Source: Chloroflexota bacterium
Lineage (GTDB): Bacteria; Chloroflexota; Dehalococcoidia; Lucifugimonadales; Australimonadaceae
NCBI GenBank assembly: GCA_038109085.1
Contig: JAYNIL010000004.1
Location: 1-61,274, forward strand
Reading direction: 5' to 3'
DNA: 61,274 bases
In this document: piece after piece, positions 26,110 through 34,749 of the stretch
Numbering within the stretch: position 1 is the first letter of the stretch
How the letters are laid out: every line of letters begins with the position of its first letter
The notes under the pieces: generated by a model
Told to the model about the DNA's origin: nothing
The model's input: only the letters and a program-made list of their open reading frames with translations
The model's database searches: none
Program-made: the position numbers and the translations under genes

Positions 26110-27141
26110 CTAGAGGATGACCCCGGCCTCGCGCAGCAGGCGCAGGGTGCCCTCCAGGTCACCGAGGCCGTCCAGGTCGATGTCCGGCGGAGCCAGCGAG
26201 TCCAGCGGCGGCAGGTCGGGGCCGGGCTCGACGCCAGCGGCCAGGGGGTACTCGCGCGTCTCGGTGGCGAAGTAGCCCTGGGCCTCGGCGGAGAGCATGA
26301 AACGGATGAACCGCTGTGCCGCCTCCGGCACGTCGGTATTCGCGACGATTCCCGCGGCCGCAACGTCCATCACCGCACCCGCATCACCAGCGCCCAGGAA
26401 GTAATTGCGCGCCCCGAAGTCCTCACCCGTCTCGGCGATTAGGCGAGGGACGTAGTAGTGGTTCACGAAGCCCACGTCCACCTCTCCGGTGGCCACGGCC
26501 TGCACGATCGAGATGAGGTTGGGGTAGGTCTTGGGCTCATTCGCCTTTATGCCCTCCAACCAGGCTAGAGCTGCGTCATCCCCGTGGAGCAGGCGGATGG
26601 CCGTCAGCGTTATCTGCCACTCACCGTGGGTGGGTGCCCAGCCGATGCGCCCCCGCCACTTGGGGTCCGTGAAGTCCATGATGGACGCGGGCAGATCGCG
26701 CGCCGGGTCCACGTGCTCCACGTTGTAGACCACCACCTTGGAGCGCCCGGACAGCCCTACCCACTGGGCGCGTTTGGACCTGAACGCCGGGTCAACCAGG
26801 CCGGTGATGTCCGACGGGAGGGTGGCCAGCAGCCCTGCTTCGGAGAGGGTGCCCCACCCGCTCGGCTCAGCCAGGTAGACCACGTCAGCCCGGGCGTTGG
26901 CCCCCTCCTCGCGCAGCGTGGCGATGATGGAGGCCGTGGTGTCATAGCGCACGTTGATGTTGACACCCGTCTCGGCGGCGAAGCGCTCCAGCAGCGGCTG
27001 CACCAGCGAGCGGGTGCGCGAGGAGTAGATGACCAGCGTCTCGGCGTCCTTGCCGCAGCCCGCCAGTGCCAACGAAGCCGCCAGCACGAGGACGGTGAGT
27101 AAGCCCAGCAGGCGCGGGCCCATGGTCAAGCGTGTGTTCAT
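26110..27141 (-). CDS. ABC transporter substrate-binding lipoprotein, Fe(III)-type (FbpA/AfuA-like)
   Basis: Start MNTRLT (AGGTGG SD). Lipobox LALAGC. LVIYSSRTRSLVQPLLERFAAETGVNINV is typical of iron(III) substrate-binding proteins. Confidence 0.8.
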   Translation of the reverse strand: MNTRLTMGPRLLGLLTVLVLAASLALAGCGKDAETLVIYSSRTRSLVQPLLERFAAETGVNINVRYDTTASIIATLREEGANARADVVYLAEPSGWGTLSEAGLLATLPSDITGLVDPAFRSKRAQWVGLSGRSKVVVYNVEHVDPARDLPASIMDFTDPKWRGRIGWAPTHGEWQITLTAIRLLHGDDAALAWLEGIKANEPKTYPNLISIVQAVATGEVDVGFVNHYYVPRLIAETGEDFGARNYFLGAGDAGAVMDVAAAGIVANTDVPEAAQRFIRFMLSAEAQGYFATETREYPLAAGVEPGPDLPPLDSLAPPDIDLDGLGDLEGTLRLLREAGVIL

Positions 27142-27233
27142 AGTGCCACCTGCGGGGGCCGGAGGGCCGACCCCCGCTCGTTCTTTCGGCCAGGCGGTCA
27201 AGTTACGCGGGCGGCTACGGTGCCGCCAGGGTG

Positions 27234-27785
27234 CTAGAGCACCTCGAAGGGGATGTACATCCCCTCCTGGTAGTGGGACTCCAGCACGCCATCCTCGATC
27301 TCGGCGATGTTGCAGATGAGGATGTAGCGCCCCGGTGCCAGGTCGAAGAGTCCAGAGGCGATGGTGCCGGGCTCGAAGCCCCCCACCTCACCCACGATGC
27401 CCACCTGTTCTTCGGGCACCTTGCCGTCCACCACCGGGAGGGAGCCTGGGTCAGCGTCGGAGCGGATGATGACCAGTTCGTGGGGGTCGTTGGGGCCCAC
27501 GTTGTTCACCAGGAAGTAGACCTGGCCAGCCGGGGCAGTGGGGCTCTGGAGCTGGATGAACCACTCTCCGATAGACACGGCGACCTGGGTCGCCCCCTCA
27601 GGCTTGGGCTCCACCACCCCAGCCCCCGCCGTGGAGCCGGTGCCGGATACCGAGCCCGAGAGGTTGCCGGACTCGTCCACCGACACGCTACCGGGGCGGT
27701 CCTCGCCGGAGCAGGCGGCCAGCCCCACCAGCCCGAGGGCCAGCGCCAGGAGGATGGTTACCGTTGAGATGAAACGCTTGTGCAT
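27234..27785 (-). CDS. cupredoxin-like lipoprotein with Ser/Gly/Thr-rich linker
   Basis: Start MHKRFIS (AAGGAG SD). Lipobox GLAAC. Linker SGEDRPGSVSVDESGNLSGSVSGTGSTAG. Candidate type-1 Cu ligands are H in PHELVI, C in LICN, and H and M in ESHYQEGMYIPFEV. Confidence 0.6.
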   Translation of the reverse strand: MHKRFISTVTILLALALGLVGLAACSGEDRPGSVSVDESGNLSGSVSGTGSTAGAGVVEPKPEGATQVAVSIGEWFIQLQSPTAPAGQVYFLVNNVGPNDPHELVIIRSDADPGSLPVVDGKVPEEQVGIVGEVGGFEPGTIASGLFDLAPGRYILICNIAEIEDGVLESHYQEGMYIPFEVL

Positions 27786-27844
27786 GGCTGCACTCCTTAC
27801 TTGGTATTGCAGGAAGCCTCTGCTCCCCTTCACCGAACCCTGAT

Positions 27845-29596
27845 TCATGGCCGCAGTAACTGGCGCGCCATGCCGAGCGGCACGCGCCAGAGGTAATCGA
27901 GACGCACGAAGGACGCCCCAAGCGTGCGCGCCCGCCAGGTGATGGGCACCTCGGCCAGCCGCATGCGCTTGCGCAGCAGGTCGAGGGTGAGGACCTGGGC
28001 GTAGTTGTAGTCGTGGATGATCTCGGCCGCGGCCAGGGCGCGGGCGGAGAAGGCGCGGTAGCCCGTCTGCCCATCGCTGATGCGGCGCCCCGCCGCCAGG
28101 CTCAACGCGCCCGTGAACAGCCGGTTCGCGATGTTCCGGGAGAGGCGCTGGCCGGCCCGGGTGCCCGCGTAGCGCGAGCCCAGCACATAGTCCGCGCCGC
28201 TCTCCAAGGCGGCGAGGAGCACCGGCAGCTGGACCGGGTCGTACTCGCCGTCTGCGTCCAGGTACACGGCCGCCCGCGCGTCCATGGCCTGCGCCTGGGC
28301 CAGACCCGTGCGAAGCGCGGCACCCAACCCCCGGTTGCGGGCGTGTCGCACCACCACATCGGCCCCGTGGGCCCGGGCCACTGCAGCGGTGTCATCAACC
28401 GAGCCATCGTCCACCACCACCACCCGCACGTCCGGCGCGGCAGTACGGGGGACCGCCATGAGGGTGGCGGGCAGGTTGTCCTGCTCGTTGAACGCCGGTA
28501 TCACCACCACCAAAGGGCCGGTACCCAGCGGCGCAGGGGCGAGGGGCCGCCATGCCGGGAGCCACTGTCGGGCCAGCACCGCGCCCACGGCGCAGGCCGG
28601 GGCGGCGGCCAGCGCCAGGCCCACGTCGGGGGTGGGCATGCCCACCGCACCCGCAACGGCCCACACCGTCAGGGGCACGGCGGCGGCCAGGAAGGGCAGG
28701 CGCAGGAGGCGCAGGGCTGTGGCGGGCGCGGCCTCGAAGGCAGCACCCGCCAACCCCACGGTGAAGGTGTAGGCGAACTTGATGCCGTGGGTGAGCACCG
28801 CCAGGCTCAGGGCCTGGGTGGCGGGGATGCCGTGCGCGGCCAGACCCGCCGTCATGGCGGCCTCGTACACACCAACGCCGCCGGGAGTCAGGTGCACCGT
28901 CTGGAAGAGGATGGTGAAGGCGGTGACGCCGATGGCCGCACTGAGGGAGAGCGGGACGCCCGCCGCCTGAGCGGCGGCGTAGAGAACGAACCCCTCCAAC
29001 GCCCACGAAGGGAGCGTCCAGGCCACCGCCACGGCCAGCCGGCACGGGCCCATCCCACGCACGGCATCGCGCGCCCGGCCCGCCAGCGGAGCCAGGAACG
29101 CAGGCACCGGCAGGTGACGGGTGCTGCGCAGCCAGGCGATGCCCAACGCCCCGGCCACCAGCGCCAGGGCGGCGATGGGGACGGCAGGCAGGCCCAGGGG
29201 GCCCGCCATGAGGGCGCAGGCCAGCGCCAGCAGGCACGCCAGGTCCAACACCCGCGCTGCCACGGTGGATACGGCGGCGCGCTCCATCCCCACGCCGTGG
29301 CGGGCCGCCAGCACCGGGCGCAGGACGTCTCCCCCCTTCACGGGAAGGACGTGGTTGGCCAGGAGCGCGGCCTGGAGGATCTGGAAGGCGCGCCCCACCC
29401 CCAATCCCGGCGCCAGTCGCGTCCACGCCACCGCACGCAGTGCGAAGGCGCCGGTGTAGGCCGCCACCAGCCACGCCAACAGCCACGGACGCGCGGCAAA
29501 GGCCGCGGCGGCAGCACCCACGCGCACCAGGTCCAACGCCCACACCACGGCGGCGACGGCGGTAACTGTGAGCGCCACGCCCACGGCCCAGCGCAT
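27845..29596 (-). CDS. fusion of a flippase-like (LPG-synthase TM type) membrane domain and a GT2 glycosyltransferase
   Basis: I chose the start MRWAVGV (ATG 29596). The N-terminal about 330 aa are polytopic. The C-terminus has VVVIPAFNEQDNL, VVVVDDGSVDDT and YLDADGE. Confidence 0.7.
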   Translation of the reverse strand: MRWAVGVALTVTAVAAVVWALDLVRVGAAAAAFAARPWLLAWLVAAYTGAFALRAVAWTRLAPGLGVGRAFQILQAALLANHVLPVKGGDVLRPVLAARHGVGMERAAVSTVAARVLDLACLLALACALMAGPLGLPAVPIAALALVAGALGIAWLRSTRHLPVPAFLAPLAGRARDAVRGMGPCRLAVAVAWTLPSWALEGFVLYAAAQAAGVPLSLSAAIGVTAFTILFQTVHLTPGGVGVYEAAMTAGLAAHGIPATQALSLAVLTHGIKFAYTFTVGLAGAAFEAAPATALRLLRLPFLAAAVPLTVWAVAGAVGMPTPDVGLALAAAPACAVGAVLARQWLPAWRPLAPAPLGTGPLVVVIPAFNEQDNLPATLMAVPRTAAPDVRVVVVDDGSVDDTAAVARAHGADVVVRHARNRGLGAALRTGLAQAQAMDARAAVYLDADGEYDPVQLPVLLAALESGADYVLGSRYAGTRAGQRLSRNIANRLFTGALSLAAGRRISDGQTGYRAFSARALAAAEIIHDYNYAQVLTLDLLRKRMRLAEVPITWRARTLGASFVRLDYLWRVPLGMARQLLRP

Positions 29597-29700
29597 ACGC
29601 CGCCCACGCAGCAGAACACGCACTGAAGGGAAGGGAGGGTTGCTGGCGGACTGTCGCAACGGAGGCCTCGGAGCAGGGTTAACGTCAGGACGAATGGTAC

Positions 29701-29718
29701 AGTTAGTATACACTAACT
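29701..29718. promoter_or_regulatory. AT-rich palindrome overlapping a minus-strand -10 box
   Basis: AGTTAGT-ATAC-ACTAACT. The minus strand reads TATACT at 29705-29710. It lies in the 160-nt gap upstream of the GT2-fusion gene. Confidence 0.35.
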
Positions 29719-29756
29719 ACAAGAGGCAGTCCGGGCTTTGTGCTTTGCCAGTGGGC

Positions 29757-31151
29757 TCAGTCCACCACCACATGCCGGTCGAACGCCGTCCTGAATTGAG
29801 CCCAACGCTCCCGATCGAGCCCCCCGTCGGTGCGCAGGCTGTCCGCTGCGGCGTAGGCCATGGCCAGGGCGTGGTGGGCGTTGTCATGGGCGAAGAGCCC
29901 CTGACGCCCGAAGGTGAGCAGCCCCTCCACCCCGCCTACCCACGCGTCCACCGAGGCGAAGTGCGCCTCGAAACCGGCCCGGTAGATGGGGTAAGCGTGG
30001 GGCAGGCGGCGCACGGCCACCTGGCGCACCGGCGCGCCGAGGGGGATGTCCGCGCGGGCCAGGTCATCGGCCACCAAACGGCCCAGTGCGTCATCGTTCG
30101 CCGACCAGATGGCATCACCCAACGCGCAGGGCAGCTCGGCGCACAGCACCGTGACCCCGGCGGGTCCGCCGCCGTAGTGCTTGGGCTCCGAGAGGCGCGT
30201 GATGGACACCTCCGGCTCCGGGAAGTAATGCGCGTCATAGGGGGAGAAATGCTCCGCCTCCAGCACCAGGTAGACCAGCACCATGGCGCGCGTGGTGAGC
30301 GCCGCAGCGGCCCGGCGCACCGGCTCCGGCGCGGCAGGCTCAGCCAGCCGCACCAGCGCCGACAACGGCAGGGTAGAGAAGATGTGGTCTGCCTCGAAGC
30401 GGCGCTCCTGCCCTCCATGCATCACGCGCACGGCGACGGCGCGCCTGTCCACCACCTCCACCGCGGTCACGGTGGCCCCGTAGTGAGTATTGGCGCCGAG
30501 GCGCTCCGCCTCAGCGGCTAGGGCCTCACTGATGCGCCCATAGCCGCCGCGCGGGTAGTAGAAGGCGCGCGAGCGGCGCTTCCCCGGCAGCAAGCGGCCC
30601 GCCAGCGCCAGGGGGGTTCGCGCGCTGACCCGACGGCGCGCCTGCACCGGCGAGAGGTCCTGCGGCTCAAGGCCCCACACCTTGCGCGCGTAGGGGAAGT
30701 ATAAGGCGTGGCACAATGCGGGGCCGAGCCCGCGCTCCAGCACGCCAGCGAATGACTCAACGGCCGGGCGCGCCCCGCGCAGCGGCGCGGCCAGCGCATC
30801 GCGCGCGGCCATCAGCGTGAGGGCGGGTGGCAGGTGGACAAGCAGGTCCAAGGGCCGCAGGGGGAAGCCCACCCAGCGCCCGCCCACGCTGATGCGCCCG
30901 TGGCGCGGGCGCCAGCGCAGGTCTTCGCCCAGCAGGCGGCGCAGGTCGGCCAGGATGCGGGGATCCACCTGTGGGTGCAGGCGGTGGCTGCCGTAGTCCA
31001 CCCGCATGCCCGCCAGTTCGAACGAACCCGCTACCCCGCCCGGCCCATCGCCGCGCTCCAACAGGGTGACCTGCACGCCGTCCTGGGCCAGCCGAAAGGC
31101 CGCGCCCGCCCCTGCGGGGCCAGCACCCAGCACCACGACGCGGTTGGCCAC
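29757..31151 (-). CDS. FAD/NAD(P)-dependent oxidoreductase (amine-oxidase/desaturase fold)
   Basis: 464 aa. Dinucleotide motif VVVLGAGPAGAGAAFRLAQDGVQVTLLE. The GTG start lies 1 nt after the ABC ATPase stop. Confidence 0.78.
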   Translation of the reverse strand: MANRVVVLGAGPAGAGAAFRLAQDGVQVTLLERGDGPGGVAGSFELAGMRVDYGSHRLHPQVDPRILADLRRLLGEDLRWRPRHGRISVGGRWVGFPLRPLDLLVHLPPALTLMAARDALAAPLRGARPAVESFAGVLERGLGPALCHALYFPYARKVWGLEPQDLSPVQARRRVSARTPLALAGRLLPGKRRSRAFYYPRGGYGRISEALAAEAERLGANTHYGATVTAVEVVDRRAVAVRVMHGGQERRFEADHIFSTLPLSALVRLAEPAAPEPVRRAAAALTTRAMVLVYLVLEAEHFSPYDAHYFPEPEVSITRLSEPKHYGGGPAGVTVLCAELPCALGDAIWSANDDALGRLVADDLARADIPLGAPVRQVAVRRLPHAYPIYRAGFEAHFASVDAWVGGVEGLLTFGRQGLFAHDNAHHALAMAYAAADSLRTDGGLDRERWAQFRTAFDRHVVVD

Positions 31152-31152
31152 G

Positions 31153-32253
31153 TCAGTCCCCGGCGGCCTGGTTCGCGGGGAACACCCGCAGGGTGCGTCC
31201 CGCCTTGAGCCGCAGGCGCACGGTCTGACCCGCCTCCAGGTTCAGGTCGGACGACTGGCGCAGGCGGAGCTCGTGCCCGGAGCCGAAGCGCAGGTCATAG
31301 TCGACCACCGCGCCGCCAAATTCGGCGTAAAGCACCTGGGCGCAAGTGACCGGAGCGCCCTCGGGGGCCACGGGCTCCACGGCCAGCTCGTAGGAGCGTA
31401 TCAACGCCTGCACCGGCGAGCCGTCCGTCAGCGCGCCCCCCGGCCACTCGGCGAGGAAGGTGCCGGCCAGCGTCTCCACCGCGCCACCCCGGTAGGTGCC
31501 GGGCAGCAGCTCGCACGGCCCGGCCATCTGGGCCACCAGCGCGCTGACCGGCTGCTCGAAGAGCTGCTGGGGGGTGTCCACCTGCTCCACGCGCCCCTCC
31601 GCCAGCACCGCCACCCGGTCGGCCAGGGCGAGGGCCTCCTCCCGGTCATGGGTCACCAGCACAGCCGTGGCCCCGGAGCGAGCGATAAGGGAGCGCACGT
31701 CGCGCCGCAGCGCCCCGCGGAGCTGGCGGTCCAGGTTGGAGAAGGGCTCGTCCAGCAGCACGGCCACCGGGCCTGGCGCCAGCGCGCGCACCACCGCCAC
31801 GCGCTGCTGCTGACCACCGGAGAGCTCATGGGGGTAACGGCCTGCGAGGCCCTCCAGCCCCGACATGTGGAGCAGCGGCTCGACCGCCGCCTCGCGCTGG
31901 GCCGGGGGCACGGAGCGTAGGCCGAAGGCGATGTTCTGCCCGACCGTGAGGTGGGGGAAGAGGGCGTAATCCTGGAAGACGATGCCCACATTGCGCTTGT
32001 CGGGCGGGACGTGCAGCCTCGGCGCGCTGACCACCCGCCCCGCCAGGGAGACGGTGCCCGCGCCGGGACGCTCGAAGCCCGCCATGACGCGCAGCGCCGT
32101 GGTCTTCCCGGAGCCGGAGGGGCCCAGGATGGAGAAGAATTCTCCCTCCCGCACGTGCAGGCTGATGCCCCTCAGCGCAGGTGCGGCGGCGCCGGGGTAG
32201 GCGCACACCACCCCATGTAGCGCGATGGCTGCCTGCTGGCTCTCGGTGCTCAC
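31153..32253 (-). CDS. ABC transporter ATP-binding protein (FbpC/PotA-like)
   Basis: 366 aa. Walker [10 protein letters not shown], signature LSGGQQQRV, Walker [12 protein letters not shown]. Confidence 0.9.
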   Translation of the reverse strand: MSTESQQAAIALHGVVCAYPGAAAPALRGISLHVREGEFFSILGPSGSGKTTALRVMAGFERPGAGTVSLAGRVVSAPRLHVPPDKRNVGIVFQDYALFPHLTVGQNIAFGLRSVPPAQREAAVEPLLHMSGLEGLAGRYPHELSGGQQQRVAVVRALAPGPVAVLLDEPFSNLDRQLRGALRRDVRSLIARSGATAVLVTHDREEALALADRVAVLAEGRVEQVDTPQQLFEQPVSALVAQMAGPCELLPGTYRGGAVETLAGTFLAEWPGGALTDGSPVQALIRSYELAVEPVAPEGAPVTCAQVLYAEFGGAVVDYDLRFGSGHELRLRQSSDLNLEAGQTVRLRLKAGRTLRVFPANQAAGD

Positions 32254-33959
32254 GAGGGGTCAACTCCGGTGCGCGAGGCGCGCGGGCGGCGGGCGTCACG
32301 CAGGATCAGATAGGCGGTGGGCGGGCCGGTGACGATGATGAGCACCAGGGCGGGCGCGGCGGCGCGGGCGTAGAACGCCTCGGACACCGCACTCCACACC
32401 GACGATGCCAGCGTCTCGTACCCCGCCGGTCGCAGCAGCAGCGTGGCGGGCAGCTCCTTCATAGTGAGCAGCAGCACCAGCGCGGCCCCCGCCAGGATGC
32501 CGGGCAGCACCAGCGGCAGCGTGACGCGCACCAGGGTGCGCCAGGAGGAGAGGCCCAGGCTCTGGGCCGCCTCCTCGATGTGCGGATTAAGCTGGAGCAG
32601 CGAGGAGCGCAGCGCCCCCACGGCCACGGAGACGAAGATGATGGCGTACCCAGCCACCAGCAGCGCCTGGGTCTGGTATAGGGGGCCCAGCACCTTCGCG
32701 CCCACGAACACCAGCCCCAGCGCCACGATGATGCCCGGCAGCGCGAAGCCCAGGTAGCTCACCCGCTCCAGCAGCCCGGACACGCGACCCGGGTAGCGCA
32801 CCGCCAGCAGCGCGATGGGCACGGCGGCCACCACCGTCACCACGGCGGCCAGGCCCGCCAGCCATAGCGAGTGCCACGCGGGGCTCAGCACCGCGTCCAG
32901 CCGCTCCCCACGGCCAAGCCCGCGCACCAGCCAGTAGACCAGCACTCCCACGGGCGCTACCAGCCCGGCCAGCACCGGCACCGTGGTCGCGGCGAGGGCG
33001 GGCCAGCGCCAGCGCCCCAGCCGCAGCGGCACGAATGCGCGGACCGACCCGGAGCCGGAGCGGTAGTAGCGCCCACGGCTGCGGGTGCGCGCCTCCAGCC
33101 ACACGATGCCCAACGCCAACACACCCAGCACCGACGCCAACGACGAAGCCGCCTGAAGGTTGAAGGCCGCCTCGTACTGGGTATAGATGGCCCAGGTGAA
33201 CGTCTCGTACCGCAGGATGGCGACTGCGCCGAACTCGCTGAGCGTGTAGAGGGCCACCAGCACCGCGCCTGCGGCAATGGCCGGGCGCAGTAGGGGCAGC
33301 GTGACCGCCCACAGGGTGCGCGGGAGGCTGCGGCCCAGGGCGCGGGAGGCCTCCTCCAGCGCCGGGTCCATGCGCATCATGCCCGCGCGCACCGTGAGCA
33401 GCACGTAGGGGTAGGAGATGACCGTCATCACCAGGGCCGCGCCCCACACACCGTAGATCTCCGGCAGGCGCTCCACGCCCAGCGGGGCCAGGACCCCCTG
33501 GAGCATACCGCGCGGACCCAGTGCCGCCACCGCCACGTACGCAGCGACATAGGAGGGCACCACCAGCGGCAGCACCGTGGCCACGGCCATCACCCGGCGC
33601 AGGGGCATGTCGGTGCGCAGGGTGAGGAACGCCGTGGGCACCGCGATGGACACCGAGGCAGCGGCGACGATGACTACCAGCGCCACGGTGCGCGCCAGCA
33701 CCCCGGCCACCCGCCAGCGCGCCAGCACATCGAGCGCCTCGGTGCCCGCGCCCAGCGAGCGCGCGGTCATGAATGCGACAGGCAGCAGCACGGCAAGGCC
33801 CACTAGCGCGCCAGCGGCCACCAGGCCCGCGGGGGGCAGGCGGCGCACGGCCCGCACGCGGGTCGCCTGCGCTAGCACCACGGGGCGAGCCTCAGCGTGG
33901 CGGCTCGTGCGGCCACCGTGGAGATTTCGTGGAGACGAACCTGTTTTACAAGCATGCAC
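32250..33959 (-). CDS. iron(III)-type ABC transporter permease (double-domain, FbpB-like)
   Basis: About 569 aa with two tandem permease halves. The start codon is uncertain (GTG 33959 as in the track). ATGA-type overlap with the ATPase gene. Confidence 0.8.
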   Translation of the reverse strand: MHACKTGSSPRNLHGGRTSRHAEARPVVLAQATRVRAVRRLPPAGLVAAGALVGLAVLLPVAFMTARSLGAGTEALDVLARWRVAGVLARTVALVVIVAAASVSIAVPTAFLTLRTDMPLRRVMAVATVLPLVVPSYVAAYVAVAALGPRGMLQGVLAPLGVERLPEIYGVWGAALVMTVISYPYVLLTVRAGMMRMDPALEEASRALGRSLPRTLWAVTLPLLRPAIAAGAVLVALYTLSEFGAVAILRYETFTWAIYTQYEAAFNLQAASSLASVLGVLALGIVWLEARTRSRGRYYRSGSGSVRAFVPLRLGRWRWPALAATTVPVLAGLVAPVGVLVYWLVRGLGRGERLDAVLSPAWHSLWLAGLAAVVTVVAAVPIALLAVRYPGRVSGLLERVSYLGFALPGIIVALGLVFVGAKVLGPLYQTQALLVAGYAIIFVSVAVGALRSSLLQLNPHIEEAAQSLGLSSWRTLVRVTLPLVLPGILAGAALVLLLTMKELPATLLLRPAGYETLASSVWSAVSEAFYARAAAPALVLIIVTGPPTAYLILRDARRPRASRTGVDPS

Positions 33960-33964
33960 GAAGA

Positions 33965-33981
33965 GTCTACACTAGGCAGAC
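33965..33981. promoter_or_regulatory. candidate metalloregulator operator (imperfect palindrome)
   Basis: GTCTAC-ACTAG-GCAGAC lies between the divergent permease and DtxR-family genes. The surrounding 19-mer matches 12 of 19 positions of the IdeR/DtxR consensus TTAGGTTAGGCTAACCTAA by my count. Confidence 0.25.
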
Positions 33982-34023
33982 CGAAACCGGCACTCCCCCG
34001 CCGGTGATGGACAGGGGCACCGT

Positions 34024-34749
34024 ATGAGCAGCAAGACCAGCGCTAATAAGCTCCCCCGACTCTCGCGGGCGGCGGAGAACTATCTGCTCTCCCTGGCGAT
34101 ACTGCGGGAGGATGGCGTCTCCCCGCACCTGACGGAGCTGGCCTCGTTCCTGCGGCAGATACCGCCGGAGGAGGAGGTGGGCACCACGCTGCCGTCGGTG
34201 TCCGGCATGCTCCAGCGCATGGCACGTGAGGGGCTGCTCACTATCTCCAAGGACAAGCAGATCGTCCTCACGATCACCGGCGAGGAGCAGGCGCGCGACG
34301 TGGTGCGCCGCCACCGGCTGGCCGAACGGCTGCTGGTGGACGTGCTGGGGGTGCCACTGGACCGGGCCGAATCGGAGGCGCACGCGCTGGAGCACGCCAT
34401 CTCCCCCGCCCTGCTCACCCGCATCGAGGAGAAGCTGGGGCACCCGCAGACCTGCCCGTACGGGCGGCCCATCTACCAGCCGGGCGAGAAGCAGCTGCGC
34501 ACCGACGAGCCGGGCACCATCCCCCTCTCCCAGGCCCAGCCGGGCAAGGGGTATCAGGTGGTGCGCATCCCCGACGTGGACTACCCCCTCCTGCGCTTCC
34601 TGGTGGGCAGCTACGTGCTGCCTGGCCAGCGCATCGAGGTGGAGGAGGTGGCCGGGTACCGGGGCGTGGTGGACCTGACCGTGGCGGGGGATCGCGTCTC
34701 CCTGGGCATGGAGCAGGCCGCGCGCATCCGGGTGCGCGCCGCGAACTAG
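34024..34749 (+). CDS. DtxR/IdeR/MntR-family metal-dependent transcriptional regulator
   Basis: 241 aa. N-terminal wHTH (AENYLLSLAIL), metal-site region RRHRLAERLLVDVLG...HALEHAISP, and a C-terminal FeoA/SH3-like domain. Confidence 0.85.
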   Translation: MSSKTSANKLPRLSRAAENYLLSLAILREDGVSPHLTELASFLRQIPPEEEVGTTLPSVSGMLQRMAREGLLTISKDKQIVLTITGEEQARDVVRRHRLAERLLVDVLGVPLDRAESEAHALEHAISPALLTRIEEKLGHPQTCPYGRPIYQPGEKQLRTDEPGTIPLSQAQPGKGYQVVRIPDVDYPLLRFLVGSYVLPGQRIEVEEVAGYRGVVDLTVAGDRVSLGMEQAARIRVRAAN

